Positions 1 to 8,829 of a stretch of DNA of 64,000 bases are shown here, piece after piece. Location: assembly GCA_963834815.1 (NCBI GenBank), contig CAWIDA010000009.1, positions 414,863-478,862 of the forward strand. Direction: 5' to 3'. The notes beneath the pieces were generated by a model. That model was given only the letters and a program-made list of their open reading frames with translations. It searched no databases and had not been told where the DNA came from. How positions within the stretch are numbered: position 1 is the stretch's first letter; each line of letters starts with the position of its first letter. Position numbers and translations under genes: made by a program. The stretch comes from an uncultured Acidobacteriaceae bacterium (GTDB lineage: Bacteria; Acidobacteriota; Terriglobia; Terriglobales; Acidobacteriaceae).

Positions 1-300
1 CGCCCGATCAAACGACAATCGGCCACCAACTTGTCATCCTGCGGATGGAAGAGCGCCTGGATGGTTAGCGTCCTGGGCTCGTTGCGATAGAACTTGAACG
101 GCGCCAGGAAGTTCACCTCTTCAATCGACTCGACATGCCAACCGGGGTGGACACAGACGGCGGCTTCTGCGAACGCCTCAATCCCCATCACTCCGGGCAA
201 CACCGGCGTGCCGTCGATACGGTGGTCATAGAGGAACGGTTGAGCGGCGGGGTCGAGCGTTGTCTCCATGGTCAGGCCACGACTGAGACTCATGCCGGTT
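1..300 (-). other. Dehydratase (hot-dog, PKS-type) domain, N-terminal part only
   Basis: PFLYDHRIDGTPVLPGVMGIEAF matches the HxxxGxxxxP motif (His codon 224-222). The domain continues past coordinate 1. Confidence 0.8.
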
Positions 301-3300
301 AGCTTGCCGACCATAGGGCCTTGCGCTGCTAGCTTTTCGCTGGTGGTTGCCAGTGCGGCAGTATCCAGGCCGCCGGTCGCATCCCACTCGGCTAGCATGA
401 CTCCAAGGCGGCCGGCCACCACAACTTCACCTCGCGTACCACCAGCCGTGAGTTCGCGGCGAATCCATGGAACGCCGGCCTCGGGCGGCAACATGTCGAT
501 GCCTGCTAACTCCATCATCTTGGGGATGGATCCGCGGGTCGCCATGCCGATCCCGCCCCATGCTGTCCAGTCGATGACTATGCCCCGGGTACCCGGACGT
601 GTCGTGCGGAAGCTCGACGTGATCTTGCACAGCAGATCGTTGGCGGCACTGTAGTCCGACTGTCCTGCATTGCCGAAACGACCCGCGACTGAACTGAACG
701 CCACGGTCGCACCCAGCGGCATGTCTCCAATGGCATGCAGAAGGTTGAACCAACCGTCACTCTTGACGTCGAATACCAGATCGAATTCGCGCTGGTCCTT
801 ATCGGGCAAGAAGTGGCTGCGCTCCAGACCGGCAGCGTGCAGCAGCACGTCGATGCGTCCGCTTTGCCGGCGCACCTGCTCGATGACGTTGGCTACTCCG
901 GCAGCGTCGGTGAGATTGACGCTGACGTAGCGGGCAATTCCTCCGGCGGCTTGCACAGCATCGATCGCACTCTGAGCGGCTTGAGCGCGCTCCAGCGCCG
1001 CTAGCTCCTTCTCGACCAGAGCCGGCGTGGCACGTTCGCCGCGGGCCTGGATACGAGCGAAGAGATCGCGCTTGAGTCCGTCTTTGTCGCTGACGAAGCG
1101 AGCCAGGTCGGGATTGTTGGGATCAGGACTTGGCACGACATCAAGCAGGTAGAACGTGCCGCCGGATGCCGCAGCTAAATCAGAGGTGATCGCCGACACG
1201 ATACTTCCTGCCGCTCCGGTGATCACGAAGACGCTGTTCTCGTCCAGAATAAGGCCAGACTCGCCGTCGGCTACCGACTGCTCTTGCAATCCCACTGTCC
1301 AACGCAGTCCATTCTTATAGCCAATTTCGACCGCGCCCTGATCGCGTCGTGTCTCTTCGACAAGGAGGCCAGCGATTTCCGCCGGATCACGTTGAGCTTC
1401 GAAGTCAACCACTTTGACCAGGGCGTCGGCCCGCTCACGCTTGAACGTCTTGGTGAAGCCGGCAACTGCTCCGCCCAGTGGCGCGACCGCTCCGGCGAGG
1501 TCGTAGCCGTGTTGTCCACCCAGTCGCGTGGCCGTAACGAGGAACGTACTCGAAGCTGCAATTTGCTGGAAGAGAGAACGCATTACGACGTAGAGCGACT
1601 TGACGCGCACACGCAGCGCTTCGCGCCACGCGGGCAGGTCCATCCTGCCGATGTCACCCTCGTGGTCGAGAGCGGCCAGCCAGTAGACGCCCTGCACGGA
1701 ACCGGCAGTTGCCCACTTGTTGAGCAGGTCTGTCAGCACTCCCGCATCGCGGGTGTCGTCGAGCACCAGGACTTCCACTCCCAGGTTACGCAGACTTTGG
1801 GTTAATACCTTCGCGACGCCACCTTCGTCAGGCATTACCACGACGCGGCTGCCAGGGCCAAGCGTGACGCCCGTTGGCTTGCAGATACTGAGCGGCGGAC
1901 GCAGGTTGGGCAGCGGCACGCGACGTGGAACGCGATCGGCTGCATCGAAGCCGGCCAGTACAGGCCGGATCCGAGGCGGCCGCGCTGGAGTTGAGGCGGG
2001 CTGGGCCATCCGGACAGACGGTGGCGCCGCAATGCCGGTGGGTATAGCCGATGCTGCTGGAGTTGCCGTAACGACCTGTTTATCGATCGCGAATTGGATG
2101 ACGTGCGCCAGGGTTGGAAAATCACGCAACTTGAGGTTCTCTTCGCGAGGAATGTTGTAAGCCGCCCGCACCGCAGCGAACATCTCCGCCTGCTTGACCG
2201 TGTCGATGCCAAGGTCGGCCTCCAGATCAAGGTCGAGGTCCAGCATCTCCGGGGGATATCCGGTCTTCTCAGCCACGATCTCGAGTACCTTTTCCTTGAT
2301 TGCGTCGTAGTTGGCGGTTGACGCCGCCACCGTGGTTGCTGCGGTCTCGGCCGCTTCGGCGACGGGGGTGGCCAAGGATGTCGGGGTAGGCGCCGCGCCG
2401 CTCAAATCCGGGCGACTCTCATACACGAACCGAATCACGTGTGCCAGAGTTGGGTAGTCACGCAGCTTGCGGTTTTCATCCCGCGGGATGTTGTAAATCT
2501 CGCGGATGGCGGCGAACATCTCCGCCTGCTTGACGGTATCGACGCCGAGATCAGCTTCGAGGTCAAGATCCAAGTCCAGCATGTCTGTGGGATAGCCAGT
2601 CTTTTCCACCGCCAGGTCAAGAATGCGTTCCTTGACCGCGTCGGTCCCGGCGGCAGGCTGAGCGGCCGGAACCAGTGCAGTCGACGCACTCAACTCTGCC
2701 GTTGCGCTTGGCATGGTTGGAGCGGCAACCTCGACGGGTTGCGGCGCTGGCGACTCGTCTTGCGCAAGATCGGGACGGCTTTCATACACGAAACGGATCA
2801 CGTGTGACAGAGTGGGGTAGTCACGCAGCTTGCGGTTTTCGTCGCGCGGGATGTTGTAGATTTCGCGGATAGCGGCAAACATCTCCGCTTGCTTGACCGT
2901 ATCGACGCCTAGATCGGCCTCAAGGTCCAGGTCCAAGTCCAGCATGTCTCTCGGGTAGCCTGTCTTCTCCACCGCCAAGTCGAGAATGCGTTCCTTGACC
3001 GAGTCGGTCCCGGCAACAGGCGGGGCCGTCGGAGCCGGTCCAACTGGAGTTACTTCTGCGACAGCCGCAGGCTTGGAGGTGGCGGCCCCTTCTACGGTTT
3101 GCGGCATGGGTACGGGTTGCGGCGCAGGGGACTTGCCCCGCGCAAGATCCGGACGGCTCTCGTACACGAAGCGAATCACGTGTGCCAGAGTCGGATAGTC
3201 GCGCAGCTTGCGGCTTTCGTCGCGCGGGATGTTGTAAATCTCGCGGATGGCAGCGAACATCTCTGCCTGCTTGACGGTGTCGACCCCGAGGTCTGCTTCG

Positions 3301-6300
3301 AGGTCCAGATCCAGGTCCAGCATGTCTCTGGGATAGCCAGTTTTCTCCACTGCCAGATCGAGAATGCGTTCTTTCACCGCGTCACCAGCGGCCGACGATG
3401 CAGAAATCGTCTCGGGTACCAGCGAGGTGAGTTTGGTGTTTTCCGGTGGCTTGGTTACCGCCACGATTGGCGGCGCTGCGACGGCAGTGTCTGTATTTGG
3501 CCGGCGCTCATTCACAAAGCGAATCACATGGGCGAGCGTGGGGTAATCGCGCAGTTTGATCTGATCGTCACGCGCAATACCGTAGGCTTCGCGGATCGTG
3601 GCGAAGACCTCTGCCTGCTTGACGGTATCGACGCCCAAGTCGGCTTCGAGGTCGAGATCGAGATCGAGCATGTCGATGGGGTAGCCGGTTTTATCGGCCA
3701 CCAGCGCCAGCACCCGATCTTTCACTGATTCGGTAGAAGAGTTTGGTTTGGGCGGCGTGGCCGGTGCAACCGGCGCGGCCGCAACCACCTGAACTTGTGG
3801 TTCAACTTTCACCTGCTCTGCCTTCGGCTGCGGTGGCGCCGGCTTTACCGCGACGACTGCTGGCTTCGACGGGGGCGGCGGCGCCTGTACTGTTTGAGTC
3901 GGCGGCGGAATCGGTTTGACATCCTTCGCTGCCCCAGCAGCAACTCCGGCAACGCGGGCGGATAGGCCTTGATCACGCACGCGCAGGGTACGATTGACGA
4001 CTTCGAGATCCGCATCTGGACGGCCCGCTATTCTGGTCAGCCATGCGTCCCATGCCGGCTGATCGGCGACGCGGTAGGCATATCCTAGAGCATCCGGTCG
4101 GCGGCGAACTCCGTCCTTGGTTGGGATCCGACGCATCAGCGCCATGCTGATCTGTGAGCCAAAGCCCGCACCCAGTCGTAAGGCGTACTCGACGGGATAG
4201 TCGCCACCCTTTGCCAGATTCAACGAACCCAGTTCCGGATCGACTTCCTTGAAGTTGGGCACAGGAGGAACCACTCCCGTTTCCAGCACTTTCACCGCCA
4301 CCACTTCCTCGATACCAGTGGCCATGGCGTGGCCGGTGAAACCCTTGGTGTTGGCGATCACGATTTGGTCGGCAGTGTTGCCGAATACGCGACGCAGCGC
4401 GTTGATCTCCGCCGATGCGCTTCCGCCTCGAGCCGGCGTGTAGGTTTCATGGGAAACGAAGACGGTGTGTGGCGCGATCTGATGACGATCAATGCCGCTA
4501 TGCGCTTCGGCTTGCGCGATCAACGTCTCCATCACCTGGCCGATGTGCTGCACATCGAGGCGAGTGCCATGGAATGCACTGTTGGCAGTCACCGCGCCGA
4601 GCACTTCACAGATGGGCTGGATTCCACGCTCACGCGCGGCTTCGGCACTCTCAACAACGAGAGCCGCCGCACCCATACCGATGATCAAGCCGTGCCGCCG
4701 ACGATCGAAGGGAGTAGCGACCTCTTCGACTGCTGCATCAGTGGCGGCTGTTCCGCTGGCCAGGAAGCCCGCGCCAAACCATCCGATCAGGTGATCGGAA
4801 GTGACATCATCGGCCGTGATGATGATGACCCGGCTGCAGCGTCCGGCGCGGATCCAGTCCTGCGCCAGGCTGACGGCATGACTAGTGGTTGAGCAGGCGG
4901 AGTTGATTTGTGTGTTGGGACCGCGAGCGCCGATGAACTCGGCGAATTGCGAGTGCCCCATCGAGAGAGTCTTGAGCAGGAAGCGGCGGTCGAAGATATA
5001 GGGGTTCTTCTCAATCTCCGCGCGCAGTTCTTCGATCTTTCGGATTATCTCCTGGGCGAGGGGCGAATGGCCGTTGGTCCCTGCCACCGCTGCGACCATT
5101 TCCTCTAAGGAGGCTAGTTGCTGGCGACGGGCGTGGTCGGCATAGTACCGAGCCATCTCATCGGCGTACGCGTCGTAACCGGGAAAGGCCGAGCCAAAAA
5201 TTACGCCGGTATCGTCGCGCAGAGCATCCGGAAGCCCCCAGCGGTCGGGCAGCTGCGTGCCCTTGCTGGTGGTCTTGTAACGCATGACCAAGGGAATTCC
5301 CGCGTCGCGCATCGCTTCAATGCCGACTCCGATGGCAAGGCGAGTGACCTGATCGAGAGCGGCCACGCGCTCGGCGGAGACGCCGAATTCCTTTACCAAA
5401 TCGAAGGCGCCACCGCGACCCGCCAGCTTGATGACATCGGCAACGTCTTCAATGGTGTCGAATCTCGCCTCTCCGCTTTCACTCTTGACCAAACGCGTGA
5501 TGCGTTTGTCGAGCATGTCACGACGAAACTGGGAAGGGATGGGTTTGATGAACTGATCGCCCCGCAGAATTCGAGCGATATTGCCATCATCGAAGATGTG
5601 GTCGGTGCCCGGCAGGCCCATGGCTGCGCCAGTGATCGCCACAGGTTCGCCGGCAGATGGACTCTTCTGTCCGTGATAGATGTCCCAGCCGCGTTCCAGA
5701 ACGTCAGCGAAGAAGCGACCGAGTTCGGAATAGCGGTCGCCACTTGATGGAACGGTAAGTGCCACGCCAGGTGCCGGCGCTGCCGCTGCGACCAGCGCGG
5801 GAGTTTTCACCGCTGGATGAGCTGCTGCCGTGGCCACAACCTCAGGTGCGGGAACGCTGCTTGCCGGCGTTGCCGGCCTCGTCTCCTGCTGGATTGCGGC
5901 TGCATCCTTCTCGCATCCGAATCCCGCGGCATACAGCCCGCACAGCGCCTGGTTGAATGCCGCCAGGTCGTTGAGCTTGGGATGATTGGTGAACAGCGAA
6001 ATCACATCACCGCGCTCGCCCAGCACCTCCTCGGCAAACCCCTGCAACGCTTTCTTGGGTCCGACTTCCACAAATACGCGGGCGCCGGCATCGTAGAGCG
6101 ACTGCAAGCCTTTCACGAACTGCACCGGAGCCGCGACCTGCTGCGCGAGCAGATCGAGCATCTGGGGAACGACGTTCGGTCCGGTTGGATAGAACTCGCC
6201 ATTCACGTTCGCGACAACCGGCACCTGTGGTGGTTGAATCTGGAGGTGCGACAGCATCTCTCGCAACGGGGCGCTGGCGGGGGCGACAATCGAGGTATGA

Positions 6301-8759
6301 AAGGCGTGGCTCACCGGCAACGGGACTACGTTGAAGCCATTCTGCAGGAATATTTCTATGGCCTGTTCGACTGCCTTGCTGGCTCCGCCGATGACCGATT
6401 GCTGCCCGCTATTGATGTTGGCGATCACAACGTAATCGTTAATCGTCTTTAGGACTCGTTCGACTTCAGCCAGCGGCGCAAAGACGGCGGCCATTTTGCC
6501 GGTGTCTTTCACCGCCACCTTGGTCATGCCGCGACCACGAGCGCTTACGGCCTGCAGGGCGTTCTCGAAGGTGAGAGAGCCTGCGGCAACCAGGGCGCCG
6601 TATTCGCCTAGGCTGTGCCCCATCGTCATGTCAGGCTTTATGCCGTAGGCAGCCAACAACCTTGTGATCGCCAGGTCGATAGTCAACACGGTCGGCTGAG
6701 TGATCTCGGTCTGGCGCAGATCTTCCTCCGCTTTGGCGACTGCTTCGGCGTCCGACGGGTCAACAAAGATGAACTGGCTAAGTGGCTTGCCCAGCAGTGG
6801 GGTCATGATCCGGTCGGCTTCCACAAAAAGATCGGCCACGATGGGCTCTGCGGCGCGAAGCGGCTCGGTCATGTTGACGTACTGCGAGCCTTGGCCGGTG
6901 TAAAGGAACGCGACCTTGGGTGCGGGACCGTGTCCGCGAAAGATACCCTGCGCGCGCAATGCCTTCCAGATCGGAGCCTGGTTGGCCTGCAATGCCTTGA
7001 GCGCCGCGGCCGATTTAGTGGCTAGCTCAGCAGCATCGGCATAGTCGATCGCCACCCGTTCGGGTGCGCGCAGATCGCTCTCGGCGGGAGCAGTCGGCGC
7101 CGGCGCGCTGCCTGCCGCAGCCGCCTTCTGGACCGCGCTCAGTCGTGCGGCCAAATCACTTTCGGTGGCAGCACCAATCACCAGGGCGCCACGTAAAGGA
7201 GCCTTGCGAGTAGACTCGCCGGAGATCGTGGGGGAAATACTGCTTGCATGCATCGTCACATCCTTCACAACATTCTTCTCAACACCGGGCGGTATTGCAG
7301 GCACTGCGATGGAGCGCTTGCCGTTCCCGTTCAGCCTTCCGGGTATGTGCTCTTCCATCACTAAGTGGAAGTTGGTGCCGCCGAAACCAAACGCGCTGAC
7401 ACCAGCGCGACGTACGCCGCCGGCGGGAATTTCCCAAGGCTTCAGTGCGGTGTTGACGTACAGGGGAGAGTGAGCGAAATCGATCTCAGGACTGGGGTGC
7501 TCGCAGTGGAGACTGGGCGGCAACACCTTGTCGCGGAGCGCGAAGGCAGCTTTGAGGATTCCTGCGGCGCCGGCGGCCCCTTTGAGATGTCCGATATTCG
7601 ACTTCACTGACCCGAGCGCCACGGACCTGACGGGTAGATTCGCGCTGCTCAACATACCGGCCATGCTCTGTGCTTCGACCACGTCGCCTACGCGGGTCGA
7701 GGTGCCGTGACCTTCAATCAGCATCGCGGGCACGGGCGAAACGCCGGCATTTTGCCAGGCGCGCTCGACGCAGAACTTCTGCCCAATGGGATTCGGCGCT
7801 GTGATCCCCTTGCCTTTGCCGTCACTCGATCCGCCGATACCGCGCACCACGGCGTAAATTTTGTCCTGGTCGCGTTCCGCATCGGCCAGACGCTTCATCA
7901 GGAAGATGGCGGCACCTTCGCCCATAACGAAGCCATCGGCGCCCTCAGCGTAGGGACGAGTGCCAGTCGCCGACAGCGCACCGATCTTGCAAAACTTCAC
8001 GAAAGTCGGCGCGCCCATGTTGCGGTCGATGCCTCCGGTGACAACGACGTCGAAATCGTTCTCGATGAGACCTTCGACAGCCGACTTGATCGCAGCCATC
8101 GCCGACGCACAAGCCGCGTCGCAGATGTAATTAGGGCCGTGAAAGTTATAGAGGTTAGCGATGCGGCCAGCCATGCAGTTGGCCAGTTCACCAGGCATCG
8201 AATCTTCGGTGATGGGAGCAATTCGCTTGCCCATGCGTTCGTGGAACTGCCTGGTTATCTCCTCGCGTAGCGACTCGGGCAACGCCGCGAAGCCGGGTGA
8301 TTCTGCGAGTTCGTGTGCATATTCGGGAAAGAACACGCGCAAAGATGTCAGGTAATGCTTCTCTCCCGCCATGGCGTTACCGAGAATCACCGCCGTGCGA
8401 TCCAGTTCGAGTGGCCGTTGGGGATAGCCGTAATCTTCCAGCGCCTCGCGCGTGCAGGCGATAGCCCACTGCTGCGCGGGGTCCATGGCATCCGCGACCC
8501 GCGGCGGTATCGGCAACTTCCATTTCATCGGGTCCCAGGCAAACTCGCGTACCCATCCGCCGATCTTCGAATAAGTTTTGTCGGGCGCGTTGGGATCGGC
8601 ATCGTAGTAAAGTGCTGGGTCCCAGCGTTCAGCCGGAACCTCAGCGATGCTGTAGCGTCCAGCCTTCACGTTTTCCCAAAATGCAGGCGCGTTCGGAGAA
8701 TCGGGCAGGATGGCTCCCACCCCCACAATGGCAATGGCTCGATGTGCGGTGTTTTCCAT
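1..8759 (-). CDS. Type I polyketide / PUFA-synthase-like megasynthase (KS-AT-KS-5x carrier-KR-DH). The N-terminus is in the window and the C-terminal end runs off the left edge (>=2919 aa visible).
   Basis: My own translation of the minus strand from ATG (8759-8757) gives MENTAHRAIAIVGVGAILPDSPNAPAFWENV... All diagnostic motifs (KS1 Cys 8111-8109, AT Ser 6614-6612, KS2 Cys 4895-4893, KR Tyr 653-651, DH His 224-222) are in one frame, with codon high coordinate = 2 mod 3. The ORF track has no minus-strand entry in that frame between 1 and 8759, as expected for an ORF with no stop inside the window. AAGGAAA lies about 8 nt upstream of the ATG. Confidence 0.92.
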   Translation of the reverse strand, partial: MENTAHRAIAIVGVGAILPDSPNAPAFWENVKAGRYSIAEVPAERWDPALYYDADPNAPDKTYSKIGGWVREFAWDPMKWKLPIPPRVADAMDPAQQWAIACTREALEDYGYPQRPLELDRTAVILGNAMAGEKHYLTSLRVFFPEYAHELAESPGFAALPESLREEITRQFHERMGKRIAPITEDSMPGELANCMAGRIANLYNFHGPNYICDAACASAMAAIKSAVEGLIENDFDVVVTGGIDRNMGAPTFVKFCKIGALSATGTRPYAEGADGFVMGEGAAIFLMKRLADAERDQDKIYAVVRGIGGSSDGKGKGITAPNPIGQKFCVERAWQNAGVSPVPAMLIEGHGTSTRVGDVVEAQSMAGMLSSANLPVRSVALGSVKSNIGHLKGAAGAAGILKAAFALRDKVLPPSLHCEHPSPEIDFAHSPLYVNTALKPWEIPAGGVRRAGVSAFGFGGTNFHLVMEEHIPGRLNGNGKRSIAVPAIPPGVEKNVVKDVTMHASSISPTISGESTRKAPLRGALVIGAATESDLAARLSAVQKAAAAGSAPAPTAPAESDLRAPERVAIDYADAAELATKSAAALKALQANQAPIWKALRAQGIFRGHGPAPKVAFLYTGQGSQYVNMTEPLRAAEPIVADLFVEADRIMTPLLGKPLSQFIFVDPSDAEAVAKAEEDLRQTEITQPTVLTIDLAITRLLAAYGIKPDMTMGHSLGEYGALVAAGSLTFENALQAVSARGRGMTKVAVKDTGKMAAVFAPLAEVERVLKTINDYVVIANINSGQQSVIGGASKAVEQAIEIFLQNGFNVVPLPVSHAFHTSIVAPASAPLREMLSHLQIQPPQVPVVANVNGEFYPTGPNVVPQMLDLLAQQVAAPVQFVKGLQSLYDAGARVFVEVGPKKALQGFAEEVLGERGDVISLFTNHPKLNDLAAFNQALCGLYAAGFGCEKDAAAIQQETRPATPASSVPAPEVVATAAAHPAVKTPALVAAAAPAPGVALTVPSSGDRYSELGRFFADVLERGWDIYHGQKSPSAGEPVAITGAAMGLPGTDHIFDDGNIARILRGDQFIKPIPSQFRRDMLDKRITRLVKSESGEARFDTIEDVADVIKLAGRGGAFDLVKEFGVSAERVAALDQVTRLAIGVGIEAMRDAGIPLVMRYKTTSKGTQLPDRWGLPDALRDDTGVIFGSAFPGYDAYADEMARYYADHARRQQLASLEEMVAAVAGTNGHSPLAQEIIRKIEELRAEIEKNPYIFDRRFLLKTLSMGHSQFAEFIGARGPNTQINSACSTTSHAVSLAQDWIRAGRCSRVIIITADDVTSDHLIGWFGAGFLASGTAATDAAVEEVATPFDRRRHGLIIGMGAAALVVESAEAARERGIQPICEVLGAVTANSAFHGTRLDVQHIGQVMETLIAQAEAHSGIDRHQIAPHTVFVSHETYTPARGGSASAEINALRRVFGNTADQIVIANTKGFTGHAMATGIEEVVAVKVLETGVVPPVPNFKEVDPELGSLNLAKGGDYPVEYALRLGAGFGSQISMALMRRIPTKDGVRRRPDALGYAYRVADQPAWDAWLTRIAGRPDADLEVVNRTLRVRDQGLSARVAGVAAGAAKDVKPIPPPTQTVQAPPPPSKPAVVAVKPAPPQPKAEQVKVEPQVQVVAAAPVAPATPPKPNSSTESVKDRVLALVADKTGYPIDMLDLDLDLEADLGVDTVKQAEVFATIREAYGIARDDQIKLRDYPTLAHVIRFVNERRPNTDTAVAAPPIVAVTKPPENTKLTSLVPETISASSAAGDAVKERILDLAVEKTGYPRDMLDLDLDLEADLGVDTVKQAEMFAAIREIYNIPRDESRKLRDYPTLAHVIRFVYESRPDLARGKSPAPQPVPMPQTVEGAATSKPAAVAEVTPVGPAPTAPPVAGTDSVKERILDLAVEKTGYPRDMLDLDLDLEADLGVDTVKQAEMFAAIREIYNIPRDENRKLRDYPTLSHVIRFVYESRPDLAQDESPAPQPVEVAAPTMPSATAELSASTALVPAAQPAAGTDAVKERILDLAVEKTGYPTDMLDLDLDLEADLGVDTVKQAEMFAAIREIYNIPRDENRKLRDYPTLAHVIRFVYESRPDLSGAAPTPTSLATPVAEAAETAATTVAASTANYDAIKEKVLEIVAEKTGYPPEMLDLDLDLEADLGIDTVKQAEMFAAVRAAYNIPREENLKLRDFPTLAHVIQFAIDKQVVTATPAASAIPTGIAAPPSVRMAQPASTPARPPRIRPVLAGFDAADRVPRRVPLPNLRPPLSICKPTGVTLGPGSRVVVMPDEGGVAKVLTQSLRNLGVEVLVLDDTRDAGVLTDLLNKWATAGSVQGVYWLAALDHEGDIGRMDLPAWREALRVRVKSLYVVMRSLFQQIAASSTFLVTATRLGGQHGYDLAGAVAPLGGAVAGFTKTFKRERADALVKVVDFEAQRDPAEIAGLLVEETRRDQGAVEIGYKNGLRWTVGLQEQSVADGESGLILDENSVFVITGAAGSIVSAITSDLAAASGGTFYLLDVVPSPDPNNPDLARFVSDKDGLKRDLFARIQARGERATPALVEKELAALERAQAAQSAIDAVQAAGGIARYVSVNLTDAAGVANVIEQVRRQSGRIDVLLHAAGLERSHFLPDKDQREFDLVFDVKSDGWFNLLHAIGDMPLGATVAFSSVAGRFGNAGQSDYSAANDLLCKITSSFRTTRPGTRGIVIDWTAWGGIGMATRGSIPKMMELAGIDMLPPEAGVPWIRRELTAGGTRGEVVVAGRLGVMLAEWDATGGLDTAALATTSEKLAAQGPMVGKLTGMSLSRGLTMETTLDPAAQPFLYDHRIDGTPVLPGVMGIEAFAEAAVCVHPGWHVESIEEVNFLAPFKFYRNEPRTLTIQALFHPQDDKLVADCRLIG
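415..1880 (-). other. Ketoreductase domain (structural plus catalytic SDR subdomains)
   Basis: Rossmann motif SVFVITGAAGSIVSAI (about 1200-1245) and catalytic GQSDYSAANDLL (Tyr codon 653-651). Confidence 0.85.
2075..3735 (-). repeat. Five tandem acyl-carrier-like domains (about 75 aa each) separated by Ala/Pro-rich linkers. Repeat period is about 336-380 nt.
   Basis: Each unit reads ..KTGYPxxMLDLDLDLEADLG(V/I)DTVKQAE(M/V)FAA(I/V)R..Y.I.R......LRD(Y/F)PTL(A/S)HVI.F. Approximate units are 3508-3735, 3155-3385, 2778-3006, 2416-2644 and 2075-2310. Units 2-4 look roughly 85-90% identical at the nucleotide level by eye. Confidence 0.9.
4125..5655 (-). other. Second ketosynthase-type domain (divergent; active-site context resembles FAS-I). 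The Cys-His-His triad is present, so it is not a CLF.
   Basis: GPNTQINSACSTTSHAVSLA (Cys at aa 1289), VFVSHETYTPARGG, IANTKGFTGHAMATG and C-terminal LRLGAGFGSQISMAL. A long helical insert (YADHARRQQLASLEEMV...IRKIEELRAEIEKNPYIFDRRFLLKTL) precedes the Cys. The comparison to FAS-I-type KS is by eye and from memory only. Confidence 0.75.
6040..6925 (-). other. Acyltransferase domain (malonyl-type motifs)
   Basis: KVAFLYTGQGSQY, GHSLGEYGAL (Ser at aa 716, codon 6614-6612) and VSHAFHTS (an HAFH-type motif, usually malonyl-specific). Confidence 0.88.
7350..8745 (-). other. Ketosynthase domain 1 (canonical PKS/FabF-like, Cys-His-His)
   Basis: Motifs ICDAACASAMAAI (Cys at aa 217), IEGHGTSTRVGD and VKSNIGHLKGAAG. 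The domain ends at VSAFGFGGTNFHLVMEE. Confidence 0.9.
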
Positions 8760-8829
8760 GATGGCATTTCCTTTTCGCGCGGGGCGGGCGCCTGTGCAGT
8801 GAGGAGAGGCAGACGCACGCCCCACGGTT

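Noticed and set aside
2075-3735. A regularly spaced ~360-nt repeat array that could superficially be taken for a CRISPR-like or satellite array.
   Set aside because: The repeats are in frame and encode carrier-protein folds with Ala/Pro linkers. The period is far too long and there is no repeat-spacer structure.
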